Below are positions 30,601-37,051 of a stretch of 64,000 nucleotides of DNA, one piece after another (positions within the stretch are counted from its first letter, which is position 1; the number at the start of each line of letters is the position of its first letter). The stretch lies in the NCBI GenBank assembly GCA_965279035.1, contig OZ257142.1, forward strand, positions 3,968,001 to 4,032,000, given 5' to 3'. The position numbers and the translations under genes were made by a program. The notes beneath the pieces are model-generated. The model saw nothing but the letters and a program-made list of their open reading frames with translations. It was not told the DNA's origin and did not search any database. Origin of the DNA: Bacteroidia bacterium. Lineage in GTDB: Bacteria > Bacteroidota > Bacteroidia > M30B66.

Positions 30601-30996
30601 CGACAAATTCCACACGAATTCTTAAGTGGAAAATCACGGAATAGAAAACAATTAGTTTCCTCTTTCAAAGAAAACGAAGAAGTACGCGTATTTCTCATAA
30701 GTCTGAAAGCAGGTGGAACTGGACTCAATCTCACCGAAGCCGATTATGTATATTTAGTGGATCCATGGTGGAATCCAGCAGTAGAAAACCAAGCCATTGA
30801 CCGAGCTCATCGTATAGGACAAAAGAACCGAGTTGTTGCTGTGAGATTAATTTGTCCGGATACAATTGAAGATAAAATTCGACTGTTACAAGAAAGTAAG
30901 CAGCAATTGATAGCTGAATTAATTCAAACAGAAAATGGTTTATTGAAAGGTTTAGATAAGAAAAACCTACTTGATTTATTAAGTCCGCTTAAATAA
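27616..30996 (+). CDS. SWIM zinc-finger SNF2-family helicase/ATPase
   Basis: CSC...CLH (SWIM); LADDMGLGKT, LDESQ, LTGTPLEN, LVFSQF, SLKAGGTGLNL, QAIDRAHRIGQ. Confidence 0.93.
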   Translation: MEKIQVQIHTNPSEIWIVGKAISDLNTQLILSVSSEMVASDARGFYDIQPQEIQVDFARFDRVKNMRDSASVQVEQREEGIFLQCSCGHIKKSLCLHQAQVLFNLMNRPEIRVFFDPSIRKKQLSDFAIQVGLGQEEDPSIYFQFEYEQGKTQIVPAQKELLLLDSQIQKKINEHLLIGQKSIANEEKEQYEFILVFRKHRFYDHLCIELCKASRTREGKLKKPIQTLNPFEVIWKYNQPDELRFFTALARFANLYEEDRNDSDLEAMKAIFRNPLKLMTYLLPADSNDASSISAYEVVQLQEIDSHVHLMVDQRNTLFRIQGELELNGRMIPFDQLRNVYGYFLRLDNTLYFNSDRQIIRLLEFFRQKRFQVLIPSTTFEEFRLNTLSPLEEKIRISYAHLQPATEEQKVESGLNESPESLLYLSQVDNEVQLIPAMRYGPVEVPVLSQKQIYAYDEKGNAITIIRDDEAENKLLAALLLLIPELNEQISTGKLCIHKSAFLDEDWFPDFIESLTNKNIRVLGFSELSKQSLNMHKAKVNVQVKSGLDWFETSLDVRFGKQRAKMKQLMTAVRNKSRYVQLDDGTQGILPHEWLDRFTRYFNSGIVASELLKTPRIRIQEVMEVYDWNLFDVNTQLQLTEFKNRFQHFNKIEEIEIPTGLNTPLRAYQKVGLNWLNFLHQFGIGGCLADDMGLGKTIQIIAYILHLKEKKEIGTHLIVVPATLIFNWQEEFQRFAPSLSIHSVYGLNRSTNQIDWSNADVIITSYGVLQSEISAFKNFQFHVAILDESQAIKNPETLRYHAVCQIKARQRIVLTGTPLENNTFDLFGQISFACPGLLGTKQQFKLLFSIPIDTFKDSDRAKELSRIVRPFILRRTKNQVARELPQRTEMLVYCEMGDEQRRIYDAYTKELRDFIANKQSDEINRNSMYVLRGLTRLRQICNAPSLLNEKNYFSKASAKIEVLMEHIEQHAPDHKILVFSQFVGMLELIQQELNKRQIPHEFLSGKSRNRKQLVSSFKENEEVRVFLISLKAGGTGLNLTEADYVYLVDPWWNPAVENQAIDRAHRIGQKNRVVAVRLICPDTIEDKIRLLQESKQQLIAELIQTENGLLKGLDKKNLLDLLSPLK

Positions 30997-31060
30997 CATG
31001 ATTTAGCTCATTTGATTTTTCAATATTCTCTTGGATATTTATTGAATTCATTTGAGCAGT

Positions 31061-31693
31061 ATGAAAAGTATTCTCATTTTAAATTTAATGATTGGAATAA
31101 CATGCTTTGTAGCAGGACAAAACCCATTTCCTGAAGGTGTATATTCGAATGTAAAAATGTTAAACACTAAAACGCTTTCGGGAATATATCCTTTCACTAT
31201 TACCCGAAATTCGGATTCAGAAATAAAAAGAAATGGTGGAAATGATTATTTCATTCAATGTGATCCTGTGTATTTTAGTAAAAGGCAAATAAAGCGAGAA
31301 TTAACAGCCATAGTCCGTCATGATTCACTCTTCATTAATGGATTAAAAATCGGCATTGGTAAAGAGTATACACTTGCACTTACTCAAGGACGATTCCTTT
31401 GTTTGTATGCAGCATTGCCGGGTTCAAGAATATTACAAAGTCAATTACGAAAAGCTGGATTGTATCAACCCGCTGGTGGATGGGTTTCACATGGAAAATC
31501 ATACACCAATGCGCGTTTTTATTATGTGTATGATATTGAAAAGGATCAAATAAATAGTCTAGATTCGAATGTTGTTGAGCAGATTTTATCTCCTTATCCT
31601 GAAATTTTTTCTTCCTATAAAAACGAACAAATAAAATCACCCGAAATATTCATAAAATATATTGCAGAATTAAACAAGATATTAATGAAATAA
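31061..31693 (+). CDS. Hypothetical secreted protein
   Basis: Signal peptide then FPEGVY; start adjusted to ATG 31061. Confidence 0.65.
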   Translation: MKSILILNLMIGITCFVAGQNPFPEGVYSNVKMLNTKTLSGIYPFTITRNSDSEIKRNGGNDYFIQCDPVYFSKRQIKRELTAIVRHDSLFINGLKIGIGKEYTLALTQGRFLCLYAALPGSRILQSQLRKAGLYQPAGGWVSHGKSYTNARFYYVYDIEKDQINSLDSNVVEQILSPYPEIFSSYKNEQIKSPEIFIKYIAELNKILMK

Positions 31694-31728
31694 ACTATTA
31701 ATAAGATAAACATAAAAAATAAAAATAA

Positions 31729-31900
31729 ATGTCCGATTTCTCTTATATCGACCGTTATAAAGTAGAAAACCGTTTATTTATTGAGAGTGAAATTTCTGCA
31801 AATAGAATTGTATTTTTAGGTGATTCCATTACTGAATTTTGGTCTTTAGAATATCCTGAATTTTTCAAGAATTCGAACTACATAAATCGATAAATTCGTG
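31729..31900 (+). pseudogene. Truncated, diverged 5' copy of the SGNH/GDSL hydrolase gene at 34648
   Basis: MSDFSYIDRYKVENRLFIESEISANRIVFLGDSITEFWSLEYPEFFKNSNYINR* (stop 31891-31893); 46/54 aa identical to the 34648 gene by manual alignment. Confidence 0.9.
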
Positions 31901-31946
31901 TATAATTTTTTTTATAGTATTAATATTTAAAGGAATAATGAATCAA

Positions 31947-32003
31947 TGAATTATCAAAACTTGCACATACTGCATGTTTTGATAATTCAATTCCCTACTT
32001 TTG
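31947..32003 (+). promoter_or_regulatory. Long inverted repeat (candidate operator) and -7 box of the AAA ATPase gene
   Basis: TGAATTATCAAAAC(31947-60)-N15-GTTTTGATAATTCA(31976-89); TACTTTTG at 31996-32003. Confidence 0.65.
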
Positions 32004-32272
32004 GGTTATGAAAAGCTTCACCGATCGTAAGAATTATATTAGTAAGCTATTGTCATACAAGGACAAAGACTTAATAAAAGTTGTAAGTGGACTAAGACGT
32101 TCAGGGAAAAGTACTTTATTAGAATTGTATATAGATGAATTAAAACGGCAAGGGATTGGGAAGAGGCAAATCCAATTTTACAATTTTGAACTTCCCGAAA
32201 ACTATTTGAACAAAACCTGGGATGTAATTTATTTTGAAATAAAGAGAAAGCTCCAAATTGACCGTATTAATT

Positions 32273-33643
32273 CACACCCGTCCAAGACGTTTGTATAACG
32301 AAAATACAATCCTGATTTGATGCGAGATTACTCATCAAAGAACGCTCTTTTGAAAATTAAACCCTCTATAATTTAAAAAAGGGACATTTGTAATTCCAGT
32401 TTATCAATTTCGTCATCATCTAAAAAGGGTTTATCAAGCCATTTTTTGAGGTCAATTTTCACAAAGAGATTTAATCGAATAAAGGACACCAAATTTGAGA
32501 GGTGCCAAGAGTGTTTTGCTTCCTTTTGAAGTGTCTTTAAAAGCAGTATGGTGATTAGTGCTGTCCAAATCTGTATCAGAACAGCATTCATGCTGGTTCC
32601 TATGAAAGACTTGATTTTCAGGTGTGTTTTGATCTCCTTGAAGAACGATTCGATGCTCCATCTACGTTTATATAGTTCTGAAATGGTCGATGCTGTCCAA
32701 GAAAAATTGTTTGTAAGAAGTTCAAGATATATCTGTTGTTCTTCATCCCAGATCTGAACCATTCGGAGCTTTTGCGGGTATTTTTCTTTTGATTGAGGTA
32801 AACTCAAAAAGCCTTTCCAGTCGTATTGCAAGTCTGGATTTGCTTCATCGGTTGGGCTCTTAGTTCGCTCATAAAGTTCAAACTGAATGTTTTCTTTTCC
32901 TCGAATAACAAAGAATACTCCTTGTTCATCTAATTTTCTCATCCAGTTAAAATCGACATATCCTCTATCAGCTACAACAATGCTTCCTGTGGGAAATTCA
33001 ATATCATGTGCTGCATTTACATCGTGCTTTTTGCCATCACTCAAATCAGCAAAAACGGGCATACAGCCGTCAAAGTCAAGGACTGTGTGAAGTTTTATAG
33101 CTCCCTTCTTCTTTCGAAATAGTGCCCAGTCGAACACTTTAAGACAAAGGTCAATCGTGGTTGAATCGAGCAGATAGATTTTACGTTTGGGAAGCAGCTT
33201 TCGGCTTGTTTTTAAGGTTGATTCAAACTGCTCATACAAGTTAAAATACATCGCTTGAAACAGCTCCCAGTTGCGATGTTGGTTATTATATGCCAACGAT
33301 GATCGCCTCATGGCTTTTGACACTCCCAGATGATTTAAATCGCCTGTTGCTGATCGCATTCCATTGCAAACGTCATTTAAGCTATTAGACTTGGAAAACT
33401 GGCAAAAAACCATTGTCACAAAGTGAGACCAAGCATCATTGCCTTTACAATGTTTATTGGACTCAAACTTTTCTACTAGTTTATTGAAAGAATCTCGCTT
33501 AATTTTTTGGAATATCTGAGCAAATAATGTGATCTTCATGCCGGAGTTGGTTTATGTTTTTGTGTCGTAACTCAAACATACCGGATTTAATCCGGACCAA
33601 CTCTATTTTTTTACCCTATTTTAAAACGTCTTGGACGGGTGTG
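32273..33643 (-). mobile_element. Complete IS4-family insertion sequence, 1371 bp
   Basis: Perfect 20-bp TIRs CACACCCGTCCAAGACGTTT (32273-32292) and its reverse complement (33624-33643); 9-bp TSD GTATTAATT at 32264-32272 and 33644-33652. Confidence 0.96.
32373..33539 (-). CDS. IS4-family DDE transposase (DUF4372-like N-terminus)
   Basis: LLDSTTI, IKLHT, ADRGY, LLTNN, YKRRWSIESFFKEIK (YREK motif). Confidence 0.95.
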   Translation of the reverse strand: MKITLFAQIFQKIKRDSFNKLVEKFESNKHCKGNDAWSHFVTMVFCQFSKSNSLNDVCNGMRSATGDLNHLGVSKAMRRSSLAYNNQHRNWELFQAMYFNLYEQFESTLKTSRKLLPKRKIYLLDSTTIDLCLKVFDWALFRKKKGAIKLHTVLDFDGCMPVFADLSDGKKHDVNAAHDIEFPTGSIVVADRGYVDFNWMRKLDEQGVFFVIRGKENIQFELYERTKSPTDEANPDLQYDWKGFLSLPQSKEKYPQKLRMVQIWDEEQQIYLELLTNNFSWTASTISELYKRRWSIESFFKEIKTHLKIKSFIGTSMNAVLIQIWTALITILLLKTLQKEAKHSWHLSNLVSFIRLNLFVKIDLKKWLDKPFLDDDEIDKLELQMSLF

Positions 33644-34647
33644 GTATTAATTATATTATTTTAGATGAGGTACAAAATATTCCACATTTTGAAAAATTAG
33701 TGGATGGACTATTTGCTTCCGAAAATACGGATGTATACATAACAGGATCAAATGCCTACTTATTGAGCAGTGAATTAGCTACATTATTAAGTGGACGATT
33801 TATCGAAATTTCAATCTTACCTTTTTCATTCAAAGAGTACTTAATCGCACGCAATATTGATATAAAGATTACTTATCTGAATTATGAAGCTTTGTTTTTC
33901 GAATATGTAAATGAAACATCATTACCAAAAGGAATAGAACTTAGAGATGGAGGCTTTGATAAAATATATGAGTATTTAGAAGCAATTTATTCTACTATCA
34001 TTGAAAAAGATATAACTCAACGTCATCAAATAAATGATAAGCGTGCATTTGCAAATATTACGAAGTTTATAGCTTCAACAATTGGAAGTCAGCTTTCACC
34101 TAGTAATATTTCAAAAACATTAATAATTGACGGGAAAAATATTCACCATTCAACTGTAGAGAAATACATTGATTATTTAGTTGGAAGTTTTGTATTTTAC
34201 AAAGTAAATCGTTTCGATTTAAAAGGTAGAAAACAATTAGCAACTCAAGAGAAATATTATTTGGTAGATGTAGGATTATTAAATGTTTTGGTCGGACGTG
34301 AATCGAAAGCTGATAAAGGACATATATTAGAAAATATTGTTTGTTTAGAGCTCATTCGAAGAGGTTATAAAATTTGGACAGGAACTACACGTAATAATGA
34401 AATTGATTTTGTTTGTAAAAATTCAGTTGGAAATATTGAATACTACCAAGTTGCATGGCAAATAACCGATAACCAAACAGCTGATAGAGAATTTAGCGCA
34501 CTTGAAAAGATTAAAGATAATTATCCAAAATATTTACTATCAACAGATTCATTTACACAAAACAGAAGCGGAATTCAACACTTAAACGTTTTTAAATGGT
34601 TGCTCGAATTATCTAATTAATTCCATTAAGAAATCCCCCACAATTTC

Positions 34648-35268
34648 ATGTCAGACTTCTCCTATCTCGCAAGGTATAAAGATGAAAATCGCTTATTAAT
34701 TCAAAGCGAAATTTCTGCAAATAGAATCGTATTTATAGGTGATTCTATTACCGAATTTTGGTCTATGGAATATCCAGAATTTTTCGAGAATTCGAACTAC
34801 ATAAATCGAGGTATTCGTGGTCAAACAACACCACAAATTTTGGGGCGATTCGAACAAGACGTCATTCAATTAAAACCTAAATCTGTCCACATTTTAGCTG
34901 GCACCAACGACATTGCTGGAAATACCGGCGTAATGACCTTGGAAATGACTCAAAACAATATCCAAAGAATGGCTGAGATGGCTCTAGATAATGGAATTCA
35001 AGTTCTTTATGGATCTGTTCTTCCCGCCTGTAGTTATCCTTGGAAACCAAATAGTAATCCATGTGAAAAAATCATAGAATTAAATACATGGATTCAACAT
35101 TTTGCACAAATAAATAATGGGGTTTATATCGATTATCATTCAGCTTTGCGAGATGAGAAAGGCTGCATGAAATTCGAATATTCTCATGATGGTGTTCATC
35201 CTAATAAAAATGGATATGCTTGTATGACAATAATTTTTAATTTAGTCATAACACAATCTGAAAAATAA
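34648..35268 (+). CDS. SGNH/GDSL hydrolase
   Basis: FIGDSIT, NRGIRGQTT, AGTNDI, DGVHPN. Confidence 0.92.
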   Translation: MSDFSYLARYKDENRLLIQSEISANRIVFIGDSITEFWSMEYPEFFENSNYINRGIRGQTTPQILGRFEQDVIQLKPKSVHILAGTNDIAGNTGVMTLEMTQNNIQRMAEMALDNGIQVLYGSVLPACSYPWKPNSNPCEKIIELNTWIQHFAQINNGVYIDYHSALRDEKGCMKFEYSHDGVHPNKNGYACMTIIFNLVITQSEK

Positions 35269-35305
35269 TTTGAACGTTATTCATGCACTACTCAAAAAGC
35301 TGATT

Positions 35306-35644
35306 ATGCGCATCTTACTTTTTACAATTTCACTAAGTTCCCTGCTCGTTTCCTGCCATAAAAACGAAGTCATTACCGGACCACCTACTTGTTTGAGTAA
35401 TAAAATATCCGACTTTACCCAAATGGCTTGTCAAAATGGAGCATCCGCAAGGAAATATACTTTTCAGAATTCAACAGTGTATGTACTCGATCCTGGAAAC
35501 TGCGGAGCTGATATGCAATCAATCGTTTTAGATGAACAATGTAATTCGCTTGGTACATTAGGCGGAATTACAGGAAATACTCAAATAAACGGTGTCGATT
35601 TTAGTTCTTCCTCTCAGTATATTGAAACTGTTTGGACGAATTAA
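35306..35644 (+). CDS. Small Cys-containing lipoprotein (DUF6970-like)
   Basis: Lipobox LVSC; PTCL...YTFQNSTVY...CGADM...DEQCN..G.LGGITG; start adjusted to ATG 35306. Confidence 0.7.
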   Translation: MRILLFTISLSSLLVSCHKNEVITGPPTCLSNKISDFTQMACQNGASARKYTFQNSTVYVLDPGNCGADMQSIVLDEQCNSLGTLGGITGNTQINGVDFSSSSQYIETVWTN

Positions 35645-36796
35645 TTATTTCAAAAACAAGGAAGCAATTCTACGTGTTTCTGAATCCGTTTTCACATATT
35701 CCTCATACGTTGGTTTTGCTGTCCAGGTAAGCGTTTGCATACAATGTTCGAGCAAATCACTCATCGCCAAAAATCCAATTTTATCTTGCAAAAAAGCAGC
35801 AACAGCTATTTCATTCGCTGCATTTAAAATACAAGGCATCGTACCTCCTTTTTTCAAGGCTTCATAGGCCAAATCCAAATTGCGAAATGTAGATCGATCC
35901 ACTTGCTCAAAAGTTAAAGCAGGATAATTCAGAAAATTAAATCGGGGAAAATCACTCTTCAAACGTTTCGGATATCCCAAAGCATATTGAATGGGCAGCT
36001 TCATATCTGGAAGTCCCATTTGTGCTTTCATCGAACCATCTTGAAACTGAACGATACTATGAATAATCGACTGCGGATGAACAATCACATCTATTTGCTC
36101 AGGCTTTAGATTAAATAACCATCGAGCCTCAATGACTTCCAATCCTTTATTCATCAAACTTGCCGAATCGATGGTGATTTTAGCACCCATGTCCCAATTG
36201 GGATGTTTTAAGGCTTGAGCTTTTGTTGCAGTGGCCAAAAATTTCCGGTCTTTTCCACGAAATGGACCACCAGATGCAGTTAGATAAATCTTCTCTATCG
36301 GATCCTCCCATTCTCCAGCCAAGCATTGAAAAATAGCCGAATGCTCCGAATCAACTGGATAAATATTCACTCCGTGTTGCTTTGCTAAGGAAGTGACCAA
36401 TTCTCCAGCAACAACCAAGGTTTCCTTATTCGCCAATGCGATGTGTTTTCCTGCTTTAATTGCCGCTAAGGTTGGTCGAAGTCCAGCATAACCCACACAA
36501 GCTGTTAAAACGATTTGCGTGCTCTCCTGTTCCATCATTTGAGTAATCGCATCTTCGCCACAATACACCTTCACCGGATAATTCTCTAAACCCGATTTTA
36601 CTTCATCGTATTTTTCTTCATTCCCAATTACTACCGTTCCGGGAAGAAATTCCACAGCCTGTGCTATCAGCAAACTCGCATTCGATTGTGCAGTCAAACA
36701 ATCAATTTCGAAAACATCCGGATTTGCTCGAACTACATCGAGCGCCTGTGTACCAATAGAACCTGTAGAACCGAGAATGCTGATATGCTTTTTCAC
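35645..36796 (-). CDS. dxr: 1-deoxy-D-xylulose 5-phosphate reductoisomerase
   Basis: ILGSTGSIGTQ, LANKETLV, PVDSEHSAIFQ, TASGGPF, HPNWDMGAKITIDSA, NKGLEVIEA. Confidence 0.98.
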   Translation of the reverse strand: MKKHISILGSTGSIGTQALDVVRANPDVFEIDCLTAQSNASLLIAQAVEFLPGTVVIGNEEKYDEVKSGLENYPVKVYCGEDAITQMMEQESTQIVLTACVGYAGLRPTLAAIKAGKHIALANKETLVVAGELVTSLAKQHGVNIYPVDSEHSAIFQCLAGEWEDPIEKIYLTASGGPFRGKDRKFLATATKAQALKHPNWDMGAKITIDSASLMNKGLEVIEARWLFNLKPEQIDVIVHPQSIIHSIVQFQDGSMKAQMGLPDMKLPIQYALGYPKRLKSDFPRFNFLNYPALTFEQVDRSTFRNLDLAYEALKKGGTMPCILNAANEIAVAAFLQDKIGFLAMSDLLEHCMQTLTWTAKPTYEEYVKTDSETRRIASLFLK

Positions 36797-37051
36797 CTGA
36801 ATTGCTTGTTGGCACGAAGAACGAAAAAAATTAGGCAGCTTGTAACTATCTACTCAATTATCAATCTCAAACCTGCACAATTCTATTCATAATGATAATT
36901 CTAATGCAGTATATAATGAACGAAGCTTCTTTTCGTTATCCCATCCCAATCTGTTTTTTTTCCTGTTCAACCAAACATTTGTCTGTTTAAATAAATCTTC
37001 TTGTTTTAATTCAATACAAGCGTGCATCTTCGCATTCGCAAAATATACCCA

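Larger units (their letters stand above)
32008..34620 (+). pseudogene. AAA_14 / DUF4143 ATP-binding protein interrupted by an IS
   Basis: 5' part has Walker A GLRRSGKST; 3' part has ILDEVQ, TGSNAYLLS, LSGR, KYYLVDVGL, LENIV, EIDFV...YYQV. Removing the IS and one TSD restores a 410-aa frame (...IDRIN-YIILDEVQ...). Confidence 0.93.

Noticed and set aside
27616-30996. SNF2 helicase as part of a defence system (DISARM, Zorya, BREX-like)
   Set aside because: No DNA methylase, DrmA/B, ZorA/B or PglZ partners; SWIM-SNF2 proteins are common stand-alone genes
32008-32298. Independent 96-aa gene, and independent 329-aa gene at 33631-34620
   Set aside because: They are two halves of one ATPase; the tail SHPSKTFV and the start MDGCG are read from the IS terminal repeats
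22006-35644. Integron cassette array
   Set aside because: No IntI-type tyrosine recombinase and no recurring attC-like palindromes visible between genes
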